Source of the DNA: a virus | Taxonomy: Duplodnaviria > Caudoviricetes | Direction: 5' to 3' (one strand) | Length of the DNA: 31,906 nt | IMG/VR virus record: IMGVR_UViG_3300005805_007730 | Coordinates: 1 to 31,906 of that record | In this document: one piece after another, positions 1 through 8,222 of the stretch | Layout: each line of letters starts with the position of its first letter | Position numbering within the stretch: position 1 is the stretch's first letter | Translations under genes and position numbers: made by a program | Notes under the pieces: model-generated | Told to the model about the DNA's origin: nothing | The model's input: only the letters and a program-made list of their open reading frames with translations | Database searches by the model: none

Positions 1-192
1 TACGGAGCAGACGGTATGACTTACGCAGCCAAAGTAAACACTAACTGCGGAAGAATAGAAATCAATAAAGACGAGATAAGCGAAGATGACCTAACTTTTG
101 ATAATGGACAAAAGCCAGCATTTAACGGATCAGGTTTTTCTACAGACGAGAAAAACTATCTGTCTAAAAAATTCTTTGAAATGAAGCTATAA
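1..192 (+). CDS. C-terminal fragment of probable DnaB-like (SF4) replicative helicase, 5' truncated by window
   Basis: Frame 1 open to TAA 190-192: YGADGMTYAAKVNTNCGRIEI..., resembling the (KNR)YGxDG end motif of SF4 helicases; replication-gene context. Confidence 0.55.
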   Translation, partial: YGADGMTYAAKVNTNCGRIEINKDEISEDDLTFDNGQKPAFNGSGFSTDEKNYLSKKFFEMKL

Positions 193-210
193 ATTTATCT
201 CAAAAAGGCC

Positions 211-218
211 ATATTTAT
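211..218 (+). promoter_or_regulatory. ATATTTAT motif, putative phage promoter
   Basis: Same 8-mer recurs in intergenic positions upstream of several genes. Confidence 0.5.
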
Positions 219-236
219 TAGTACAAAACGCATCCT

Positions 237-455
237 ATGAACTTTTTGATCAATTTATTTAAAAGCGCAAACAAGGGAGATAACTTCCGTGCTGCTTCAG
301 AACCTATCAAGTACAACGACGGTATCGCTCAGTTAAACTCTGTTGGTGATAGCCAATACGATAGAATGAGTACCGATAAGATCAAAAAGATAGGCAGAAT
401 TAACTCTGCGCTTACTCCAGAAACAAGCGGTACAACTAAGGTACCAGGAAAATAA
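237..455 (+). CDS. hypothetical protein (72 aa)
   Basis: ATG ORF after ATATTTAT motif; no recognisable motif. Confidence 0.6.
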   Translation: MNFLINLFKSANKGDNFRAASEPIKYNDGIAQLNSVGDSQYDRMSTDKIKKIGRINSALTPETSGTTKVPGK

Positions 456-579
456 TCTGGATTTTTTGTAGTCTCATTACTTTATTGTAAAGGTTGTGAC
501 GAAAGTCTAAAGGTATAAAACTATGCTCAAAGGCTAAACTAGGCTCTATTATTTAACAAAACATAAAAAAACAAGCGAA

Positions 580-2430
580 ATGGACATTACGCAGGAGATT
601 CTATCTGACATTACGGTTTACAACAAGTACGCGAAGTACTTACCACAATTAGAAAGAAGAGAAACATGGAACGAGATAGTTACCAGAAACAAAGAAATGC
701 ATCAGAAAAAATTCCCACAATTGTCCAAAGAAATTGAACAAGCTTACGAATTAGTGTATGGTAAAAAAATTCTTCCTTCAATGCGTTCGATGCAGTTTGC
801 AGGCAAGCCCATTGAAATTAATAATGCTCGTATATTTAACTGTTCTTTTGCTCCTGTTAATGATTGGAGGGTGTTCAGTGAAGTAATGTTCCTTTTGTTA
901 GGAGGTTGCGGAGTTGGATATTCTGTGCAAAAGCATCACATAGATCAGTTACCTGAAATTGTAAAACCAATTAAAGAGAAGCGATTCTTAGTTGGAGACT
1001 CTATCGAAGGTTGGGCAGACGCAGTAAAGATCTTAATGAAGTCTTACTTATTAGGTGGACCAAGACCTAAATTTGACTTTAGAGACGTTAGACCAAAAGG
1101 TGCAATGTTAATCACAGCGGGCGGTAAAGCACCAGGACCAGAGCCTTTAAAAGAGTGTTTGTTCCAAATTCAAAAGATTTTAGATCGTAAAGAAACTGGC
1201 GATAAATTGTCTCCTATTGAGTGTCACGATATCATTTGTTATATTGCTGACGCAGTATTATCAGGTGGTATTCGTAGAGCGGCTTTAATTAGCTTGTTCT
1301 CTTTTGACGACGATGAAATGTTGACTTGTAAGTTCGGAGCTTGGTGGGAAAACAATCCACAAAGAGGCAGAGCTAATAACTCAGCGGTAATTCTAAGAGA
1401 CAGAATTCAAAAAGAAGAGTTCTTAGATTTGTGGAAGAAGATTGAATTATCAAACGCAGGTGAACCAGGATTCTTCTTAACAAACGACAAAGATTGGGGA
1501 ACGAATCCTTGTGCAGAGATTGCATTGAAGCCTTTCCAATTCTGTAACTTGTGCGAAGTGAATGTATCTAACTTAGAGTCTCAAGAAGACTTTAATGAAA
1601 GAGTAAAACAAGCAGCTTTCATTGGTACACTACAAGCTTCTTATACTGATTTCCATTACTTAAGAGATGTGTGGAAGAAAACAACAGAAAAAGACGCATT
1701 GATCGGAGTTGGTATGACAGGTATTGCTTCTGGAGCTGTATTGAAATTAAACATGAAAGAAGCTGCATTGATCGTAAAAGAAGAAAACGAAAGAGTAGCA
1801 AAAATATTGGGTATTAACAAAGCTGCAAGATGTACAACAGTTAAACCTTCAGGTACCACTTCAATGGTATTAGGAACTTCATCTGGAGTACACGCTTGGC
1901 ACGATAAGTTCTACTTAAGAAGAATGAGATTGGGTAAAAATGAAGCTTTGTATACTCACTTAGCAATTAATCACCCAGAATTAGTAGAAGACGAATACTT
2001 TAAACCACAAACTCAAGCAGTAGTTGCTGTACCACAAAAAGCACCAGAAGGAGCAATCACTCGTTCTGAGTCTGCAATGGATCTTTTACACAGATTGGAA
2101 AAGTTACACAAAGAGTGGATCAAACCTGGTCACAGAACAGGTAGAAATACTCACAACGTTTCAGTAACAATCAGTTTAAAGCCAGAAGAGTGGGTAGAAG
2201 TTGGAGAATGGGCATGGAATAACAGAAATAATTACACCGCGTTATCTTGTTTACCTTACGATAACGGTAGCTACGTTCAAGCTCCTTTCGAAACAATCAC
2301 CGAAGAACAATTCAACGAAGCTGTAACCAAATTGCACGAAGTGGATCTTAGTAAAGTAATCGAACAACAGGATAACACAGACCAAAAAGGAGAATTAGCA
2401 TGTGCAGGAGGTGCTTGTGAAATCGTATAA
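580..2430 (+). CDS. nrdJ: class II (adenosylcobalamin-dependent) ribonucleotide reductase, monomeric RTPR type
   Basis: FNCSF, NPCAEI, CNLCEVN, TTVKPSGT motifs; C-terminal ACAGGACEI redox cysteine pair; no beta subunit nearby. Confidence 0.92.
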   Translation: MDITQEILSDITVYNKYAKYLPQLERRETWNEIVTRNKEMHQKKFPQLSKEIEQAYELVYGKKILPSMRSMQFAGKPIEINNARIFNCSFAPVNDWRVFSEVMFLLLGGCGVGYSVQKHHIDQLPEIVKPIKEKRFLVGDSIEGWADAVKILMKSYLLGGPRPKFDFRDVRPKGAMLITAGGKAPGPEPLKECLFQIQKILDRKETGDKLSPIECHDIICYIADAVLSGGIRRAALISLFSFDDDEMLTCKFGAWWENNPQRGRANNSAVILRDRIQKEEFLDLWKKIELSNAGEPGFFLTNDKDWGTNPCAEIALKPFQFCNLCEVNVSNLESQEDFNERVKQAAFIGTLQASYTDFHYLRDVWKKTTEKDALIGVGMTGIASGAVLKLNMKEAALIVKEENERVAKILGINKAARCTTVKPSGTTSMVLGTSSGVHAWHDKFYLRRMRLGKNEALYTHLAINHPELVEDEYFKPQTQAVVAVPQKAPEGAITRSESAMDLLHRLEKLHKEWIKPGHRTGRNTHNVSVTISLKPEEWVEVGEWAWNNRNNYTALSCLPYDNGSYVQAPFETITEEQFNEAVTKLHEVDLSKVIEQQDNTDQKGELACAGGACEIV

Positions 2431-2629
2431 AGATAAATTTATAGAAGGAGTTCACTACTATATGGAAGGAGAAAGAGTCATTTTTATGGCTCTTTTCCAT
2501 TTAGAACGTGGTCAGTGCTGTGGTAATGGTTGCAGGCACTGTCCATTTGAACCCATACACAAAAAAGGCACCGTAAACGTAAAAGATAAAAATTCACCTG
2601 AATACGTTAATTTAATAGAAAATAAATAA
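2402..2629 (+). CDS. DUF5522-like small cysteine-rich protein (start may be GTG 2417)
   Basis: YY-x-E...FHLERGQCCGNGCRHCPF signature. Confidence 0.75.
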   Translation: MQEVLVKSYKDKFIEGVHYYMEGERVIFMALFHLERGQCCGNGCRHCPFEPIHKKGTVNVKDKNSPEYVNLIENK

Positions 2630-2839
2630 ATGGTCTTAGAAATAACAAGCGAGCATGTTTATATAGGAATAATTGTATTGTTAGCAGGAATACAAATTTT
2701 TCAGTGGAAAAAGGTAGATATGCTAGAAAGGGTAATGAGTCAAATTATAGAAGATATTAAAATATTGGGCATGGCGGCAGATATAAAATTTAATAGCTTA
2801 GAAAAAAAGATAGACGATGAAAAGAAATCAGGAAAGTAG
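2630..2839 (+). CDS. hypothetical single-TM protein
   Basis: Hydrophobic N-terminal segment VYIGIIVLLAGIQIF; abuts upstream stop. Confidence 0.65.
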   Translation: MVLEITSEHVYIGIIVLLAGIQIFQWKKVDMLERVMSQIIEDIKILGMAADIKFNSLEKKIDDEKKSGK

Positions 2840-2990
2840 AGGATTGGGAGATACTATTGCTAAGATCACTCATTTTTTTAAAATAGATGTGTTAGTGGAA
2901 AAAATCTTTAAAGCTTTCGGAAAAGACTGTGGATGTAAGAGACGACAAGATAAGCTAAACAAAGCTATACCATACAAAAAGAAAAAATAA
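2817..2990 (+). CDS. small phage protein, 57 aa, GLGDT...DCGC...R...LN family (not in ORF track)
   Basis: Own translation: MKRNQESRGLGDTIAKITHFFKIDVLVEKIFKAFGKDCGCKRRQDKLNKAIPYKKKK; fills the gap before 2997. Confidence 0.7.
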   Translation: MKRNQESRGLGDTIAKITHFFKIDVLVEKIFKAFGKDCGCKRRQDKLNKAIPYKKKK

Positions 2991-2996
2991 TAAGTT

Positions 2997-4019
2997 ATGA
3001 AATTAGACAAGTTTCAAGAACTCAAGGTTAAATTAGAAATACTTAAGCTTGAGAAGAATTTTTTTGCATTAGACAGAGTGTTGTACTACTTCTCTTTCTT
3101 GGGCAATATTTTTTTGGTGTACTTCGGTTACTTTTTTATTAAGAGCATCGTAGATACACTACCTGAATTATTTCCGTATCAATCAGTATTTTTAGCTGTA
3201 TTCATTGCACTATTTTTAACTGGTTACGAATTAACAAAAAGATTCGCAGTAGAGCAATTATCAGTATACTTTATTCAAGTCAGAAAGTTTTTTACTTGGA
3301 ACGGAATAGTTGGATCTATATGTGTAGCATTACTAATCGCAGGATCTTTTTATCTATCGTTAAATGGAGCACATAGATTAGTTGACTCTTCTGAAAAAAT
3401 TACTGCAACAATAGATCAAAGTATCAGCATTAAAGCAGATTCAATATCTAAATACTATGACACAGAAATCGCTTATTATAGAGCTCAACCAGCAAGAACG
3501 AGATCTGATAGAAAATACAGAGATTCTGTTGTTAATGCATTACAACAAACAAAGGATCAAAAACTGTTAGCTGTAGAAAATAAGACCACGGACAAATCAC
3601 AATCCACACTAGAAAAAAATAAAGAGAACGACACTGCATTTGTATTCATGACGTTTTTCTTGGAGTTCATTATAGTTCTTGGTGTGGCTTTTAACGCCGT
3701 ATACACTTTAGGATCTTACGAAGAGACAAAAAAGCTCCTATCAACGCCCAAGTACAAACAGGCAGAACTTAATCTTACTCTTTTAAAATTATACTACCAA
3801 AACGGAAAGAAGCAACCAGGAGATCCGGTGCTGTCTTTGAGTAAGATGTTATCGTTAGTAAAGAACCAAAAAGTTAACTGCGCTCAAACCGAAGTAAGAA
3901 ACTTCGTGGTATACTGTACAGAATTGGACATTATTAAGGAGGTACGCGCTAGAAGAAAAGAGTACCAAGTAGATTATGCTACAGCCAAATCATTGATAGA
4001 GAAAGAGTTAGTACTTTAA
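2997..4019 (+). CDS. hypothetical multi-pass membrane protein with coiled-coil region
   Basis: About four hydrophobic segments flanking a soluble helical domain. Confidence 0.7.
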   Translation: MKLDKFQELKVKLEILKLEKNFFALDRVLYYFSFLGNIFLVYFGYFFIKSIVDTLPELFPYQSVFLAVFIALFLTGYELTKRFAVEQLSVYFIQVRKFFTWNGIVGSICVALLIAGSFYLSLNGAHRLVDSSEKITATIDQSISIKADSISKYYDTEIAYYRAQPARTRSDRKYRDSVVNALQQTKDQKLLAVENKTTDKSQSTLEKNKENDTAFVFMTFFLEFIIVLGVAFNAVYTLGSYEETKKLLSTPKYKQAELNLTLLKLYYQNGKKQPGDPVLSLSKMLSLVKNQKVNCAQTEVRNFVVYCTELDIIKEVRARRKEYQVDYATAKSLIEKELVL

Positions 4020-4050
4020 TTTTACATTTTTCCAGATTCCCTAAATTGTG

Positions 4051-4058
4051 TATATTTG
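4051..4058 (+). promoter_or_regulatory. Bacteroidota-type -7 promoter box (TAnnTTTG)
   Basis: TATATTTG immediately before the ATG at 4062. Confidence 0.5.
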
Positions 4059-4061
4059 AGT

Positions 4062-6371
4062 ATGCAAGAAAAAAGTTATGTATTAGTCGATACGTTCGAC
4101 AAACTAAAAGACATGGTAAATCATGTCAAAGACAAAGAGATTATTGCTTTCGATACAGAGACAAACTCTTTGAACACAAGACAAGGAACCATTATTGGTT
4201 TCTCAGTATCAGCAGAAATCGGTAAAGGCTATTATATGCCTACTGCGGTTTACGATAAAGAAAGCAATTCTTTAGTAGACGCTACAATCGATGGTAAAAA
4301 TTGTCAAGATCTGGCAAAACAATTCATATCAAAATTAGTCGGTAAAAAATTGGTAATGCACAACGCATCTTTCGACTGTAGATTCGTTAAGTGTTTCTAC
4401 GGTATTGATTTGTTGCCTAGTCTTTACGTGGATACCATTTTATTGGTACATACGGTAAACGAAGAAGGTGCAGGTTTTACTTACGCTAGTCCCTTTGGTC
4501 TAAAAAGTATTGCACAATCCATTCAAAAAGAATTGGGTCTTGATGTGACTAAAGAGGCAAACGAAGAACAGATTGAATTGAAAACTTCTATCAAAGAAAA
4601 TGGCGGATCAATTACTAGAGAAAGCTACGAGATTTGGAAAGCAGATATAAACATACTTGCTAAATACGCGGCAGCAGATACTGACTTAACATTAAGAGTG
4701 TATCATCATTTTATCAAAGAGCTTTACGATCAAGGTCTTGAGAAATTCTTTTTTGAAGACGAGGTTATGCCGCTTTATAGAGAAGTTACAATTCCTATGG
4801 AAGAGGTTGGAGTTAGATTGGATATAGAGACTATGAAGAAAGCAGATCTAGACATCACTGAAGAGATGAAAAAAAGATCTCACGCAGTAATTTCAGAATT
4901 GCTACAAGACAATAGAGTAAAACTTTGGATTTTAAATAAAGCAAAAGAAACTTACCCAGCAAACAGTAAAGGCGCATTTGCTCAAATGGTTGTAGAAGAG
5001 TGCCAATTACCTTTACCTAAATCAGAAAAGACTGGCAAATATAATATTACAAAATCAGAAGTTGCAAGATTACCAGAATCAGCTGCTAAGCAATTTTTAT
5101 TAAATGGTTCAGACGTACTAGACGAAGACTTTTCTAACAAGATTAGTATGAAAATGTGGAAAGAAGCAAACGATGGTAACTTCTTTAATATACAGTCAAA
5201 AGATCAATTAGGCGAAATAGCTTTCAGTGTTCTCGGATTCAAACCTTTATCGGAAACCAAAAAAGGTAAACCCCAGTTCGATGAAGACATGCTACAAGTT
5301 ATTTCAGAAACATACGAATGGGCGAAGAATTTAAGAATATACAATAAATTGCTTAAGATTAAGTCAACATACATAGATCGATTCTTAAATGCAAGCGAAA
5401 ATGGAATTTATTACTTTTATTACAAACAACACGGTACAGTATCAGGTCGTTACGGATCAGATGCTCAACAATTACCGAGGCCTAAAGAAGAAGGCGATGA
5501 CGATCCAGTAATTATTGAATACACAAATTTGGTAAGAGCATTCTTTATTCCAAAAGAAGGCAACATATTTGTCGACTGTGACTATGAATCATTGGAACCT
5601 CACGTATTCGCTCACGTTTCTGGTGACGATGGTCTTAAAGATATCTTTAGAAATAACTGGGATTTTTATTCCACTATTGCTATCAAAACGGAAGGTCTTC
5701 ATCAATATTCAGGAGATAAGAAAGCAGACAACTTTTTAAGAAAGCACGCGCCTAAGAAAAGAAACACCGCGAAAGCCTACGCATTGGGTATTCCTTACGG
5801 TATGGGTGCTTACGCTCTTGGTAAAAACATAGGCGTGACTACTAAAGAAGCAGATAAATTGGTTAAAGGTTATCTGAACGGATTTCCAGAACTCGATAAG
5901 TGGATGAAGAGATCGGAGATGGAAGCTAAAACATTAGGCTATGTTAAAACTCAAGTTGGTAGAGTAAGACACTTACCAAAAGTAAAAGCCATATACGAAA
6001 CCATTGGAGACAATTTATTGGATTGGAATTACAAAAGAAAACTAGAGTACGAATTTGGAAAAGATCAAGTGAAGAATTTGAGTAGAGACTTTGTAAACGG
6101 ACTAAACAACGCTAAGAACGTACAGATTCAGGGACTGTCTGCATCTATCGTAAACAGAGCGGCAATGGAAATCAATAGAGAATTTAAGAAGAGAGGAATA
6201 GACGGATGGGTGTGCGCCCAAATTCATGACCAGATCGTATGCGAAGTACCCGAAGAACGAGCTGAAGAAGCGGCTAAGATTGTACAAGACAAAATGGAAA
6301 ACACTACAAAATTAAGCATTGCATTAAAAGCACCACCAGCAATTGCTCACAATCTAAGGGACGGCCACTAA
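4062..6371 (+). CDS. polA: family A DNA polymerase with 3'-5' exonuclease, lacking 5'-3' exonuclease domain
   Basis: ExoI DTET, ExoII HNASFD, ExoIII YAAAD; motif A DYESLE, motif B RNTAKAYALGIPYG, motif C IHDQ; ATG 4062 preferred over TTG 4056. Confidence 0.93.
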   Translation: MQEKSYVLVDTFDKLKDMVNHVKDKEIIAFDTETNSLNTRQGTIIGFSVSAEIGKGYYMPTAVYDKESNSLVDATIDGKNCQDLAKQFISKLVGKKLVMHNASFDCRFVKCFYGIDLLPSLYVDTILLVHTVNEEGAGFTYASPFGLKSIAQSIQKELGLDVTKEANEEQIELKTSIKENGGSITRESYEIWKADINILAKYAAADTDLTLRVYHHFIKELYDQGLEKFFFEDEVMPLYREVTIPMEEVGVRLDIETMKKADLDITEEMKKRSHAVISELLQDNRVKLWILNKAKETYPANSKGAFAQMVVEECQLPLPKSEKTGKYNITKSEVARLPESAAKQFLLNGSDVLDEDFSNKISMKMWKEANDGNFFNIQSKDQLGEIAFSVLGFKPLSETKKGKPQFDEDMLQVISETYEWAKNLRIYNKLLKIKSTYIDRFLNASENGIYYFYYKQHGTVSGRYGSDAQQLPRPKEEGDDDPVIIEYTNLVRAFFIPKEGNIFVDCDYESLEPHVFAHVSGDDGLKDIFRNNWDFYSTIAIKTEGLHQYSGDKKADNFLRKHAPKKRNTAKAYALGIPYGMGAYALGKNIGVTTKEADKLVKGYLNGFPELDKWMKRSEMEAKTLGYVKTQVGRVRHLPKVKAIYETIGDNLLDWNYKRKLEYEFGKDQVKNLSRDFVNGLNNAKNVQIQGLSASIVNRAAMEINREFKKRGIDGWVCAQIHDQIVCEVPEERAEEAAKIVQDKMENTTKLSIALKAPPAIAHNLRDGH

Positions 6372-6378
6372 TATTTAT
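6371..6378 (+). promoter_or_regulatory. ATATTTAT motif, putative phage promoter
   Basis: Recurrent motif, 17 nt before iscU ATG. Confidence 0.5.
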
Positions 6379-6395
6379 TTATACAATAACACAAT

Positions 6396-6806
6396 ATGGC
6401 ATATTCAAATAAAGTACTAGATCATTATGAAAATCCAAAGAACGTTGGAACGCTAGACAAGTCGAAAAAAAATGTCGGCACAGGATTGGTAGGAGCACCA
6501 GAATGCGGTGACGTTATGAGACTTCAGATAGAAGTTATCGACGATATCATAGTAGACGCCAAATTTAAAACATTTGGTTGTGGTTCTGCCATTGCTTCCT
6601 CTTCTGTGGCCACTGAATGGTTGAAAGGTAAGACATTAGACGAAGCTGTAACGATAGACAACATGGATTTAGTAGAGGAATTAAACTTACCTCCAGTAAA
6701 AATTCACTGTTCGGTGTTAGCAGAAGACGCTATCAAATCTGCAATAAACGATTATAGAAAAAAACAAGGTTTAGAAGAATTAGTATTTGAAGATTCTCAC
6801 ATATGA
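6396..6806 (+). CDS. iscU: Fe-S cluster scaffold IscU
   Basis: YSNKVLDHYENPKNVG, GAPECGDVM, KTFGCGSAIASSS, LPPVKIHCS. Confidence 0.95.
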   Translation: MAYSNKVLDHYENPKNVGTLDKSKKNVGTGLVGAPECGDVMRLQIEVIDDIIVDAKFKTFGCGSAIASSSVATEWLKGKTLDEAVTIDNMDLVEELNLPPVKIHCSVLAEDAIKSAINDYRKKQGLEELVFEDSHI

Positions 6807-7138
6807 TTAATCTAAGTGATACGGCTTTCGAACACATTTTGGAATTAATGATAGAAGCCGATATAACCCCAGATACTCACTATTTAAGAATTGGAGTCAA
6901 AGGAGGTGGCTGTTCTGGACTTACGTACGTAATGGATTTTGACGATAAAGAAATAAAAGATACTGACGATTCATTTGAATTTGATGGAGGTTTAAAAGTG
7001 GTATGTGATAAAAAATCTTTACTGTATCTTTGGGGCAGTGAATTACAATTTTCTTCTGGGTTAAACGGAAAAGGATTCCAATGGGTTAACCCAAATGCTG
7101 GTAGAACTTGCGGTTGCGGTGAGAGCTTTGCACTATAA
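6803..7138 (+). CDS. iscA: A-type Fe-S carrier IscA/HesB family
   Basis: GVKGGGCSG and NPNA..TCGCGESF motifs; ATGA overlap with iscU. Confidence 0.93.
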   Translation: MINLSDTAFEHILELMIEADITPDTHYLRIGVKGGGCSGLTYVMDFDDKEIKDTDDSFEFDGGLKVVCDKKSLLYLWGSELQFSSGLNGKGFQWVNPNAGRTCGCGESFAL

Positions 7139-7170
7139 AGTTAAATTTCAATATCATTTAAAAGTTGTAT

Positions 7171-7178
7171 ATATTTAT
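7171..7178 (+). promoter_or_regulatory. ATATTTAT motif, putative phage promoter
   Basis: Recurrent motif upstream of hsp20 leader. Confidence 0.5.
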
Positions 7179-7242
7179 AGAAAATAAGGACCGGTAGGCC
7201 TTAAGTTATGACTGTTAAATTTAATAATTAACCAAAACACAC

Positions 7243-7251
7243 AGGAGGTGT
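7243..7251 (+). promoter_or_regulatory. strong Shine-Dalgarno site of hsp20
   Basis: AGGAGGTGT just before ATG 7255; the only strong SD noticed in the window. Confidence 0.75.
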
Positions 7252-7254
7252 ACA

Positions 7255-7698
7255 ATGACAAGATTAGCACATTGGGGAGTCGACCCATTTGATCTTCTAT
7301 GGAAGAATCTATTCGACCAAAATTCTAACTTCTCAACAATTGCAGAGAAGATTTCTTATCCACTAGACATTTACGAAAAAGAAGATGGTATCGTATTCGA
7401 ACTTGCAGCAGTAGGTTTGGACTACGAAGATATCGATATCGAAGTGCAAGGTGATGTTCTTCGCATCAAGTATGCAAAATCAAAAGAGGAAGAATCAATA
7501 ACAAATTATATCCACAAAGGAATAGCAAGAAGATCTTTCGACTTAGCATGGAAAATTGCTTCTAAGTTCGATTTATCTGCTTTGGACGCAACTATCGATA
7601 AAGGCTTATTGAGAATCGAAATACCTTTATCAGAAGAAGGTTCACCAAAGAAAATTCAAATAAAACCAAAAGCGTTACTTCAAGTTAACGCAGAATAA
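7255..7698 (+). CDS. small heat-shock protein (Hsp20/alpha-crystallin)
   Basis: YPLDIYE, YIHKGIARRSF, A.IDKGLLRIEIP motifs. Confidence 0.92.
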   Translation: MTRLAHWGVDPFDLLWKNLFDQNSNFSTIAEKISYPLDIYEKEDGIVFELAAVGLDYEDIDIEVQGDVLRIKYAKSKEEESITNYIHKGIARRSFDLAWKIASKFDLSALDATIDKGLLRIEIPLSEEGSPKKIQIKPKALLQVNAE

Positions 7699-7722
7699 AA
7701 ATGAGGCCTACCGACCTTAGTT

Positions 7723-7923
7723 ATGTTTAGTATCTGTAAAAATTTCATAAAAGTCAATCAAGACCTATTTCAAGTGCTTAGACAGTACCCTGAAGATAGA
7801 GTCAATAACCCAGAAGTTAATGTCGAAAACATTAAGCGATGGCTGGGTGCTGACACCACATTTAAAAAAGATGGAATGTTATATTTTTGTATTAAAATTG
7901 AAGAACCTGAAATAATAAATTAA
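7723..7923 (+). CDS. hypothetical protein (66 aa)
   Basis: AGTTATG start context as in other genes; fills gap before groES. Confidence 0.65.
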   Translation: MFSICKNFIKVNQDLFQVLRQYPEDRVNNPEVNVENIKRWLGADTTFKKDGMLYFCIKIEEPEIIN

Positions 7924-7926
7924 AAA

Positions 7927-8220
7927 ATGAGTAAATTAAATCCACTCAACGGTTTCCTAATATTGAAGCCAGTTGAAGAACAAGAACAAACTTACGGAAA
8001 CATCGTAATTCCAGACTTAGGCAAAGAGCGTCCTGAAATGGGCGAAGTAGTAGCCACAAGCGAAACGTATAATTGGCACACTGACACTTACGTTAAATCT
8101 ACTGTAGAAGTGGGACAGAAAGTTTTGATTCCTAAAATGGGATCTATGAAAATCACCATCGAAGGTGAAGATTATTTCATCGCAAAAGACACAGAAATCT
8201 TAGCTGTATTAAAAGACTAA
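7927..8220 (+). CDS. groES: co-chaperonin GroES
   Basis: LNPLNGFLILKP, GNIVIPD..KERP..GEVVA, EILA; directly upstream of groEL. Confidence 0.9.
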   Translation: MSKLNPLNGFLILKPVEEQEQTYGNIVIPDLGKERPEMGEVVATSETYNWHTDTYVKSTVEVGQKVLIPKMGSMKITIEGEDYFIAKDTEILAVLKD

Positions 8221-8222
8221 TT

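Noticed and set aside
467-476. 10-mer TGTAGTCTCA shared with 31046-31055
   Set aside because: A 10-nt match is expected by chance in 32 kb
456-579. Cobalamin riboswitch upstream of nrdJ
   Set aside because: Only a tiny GAC-GAAA-GTC hairpin; no B12-box or conserved core visible
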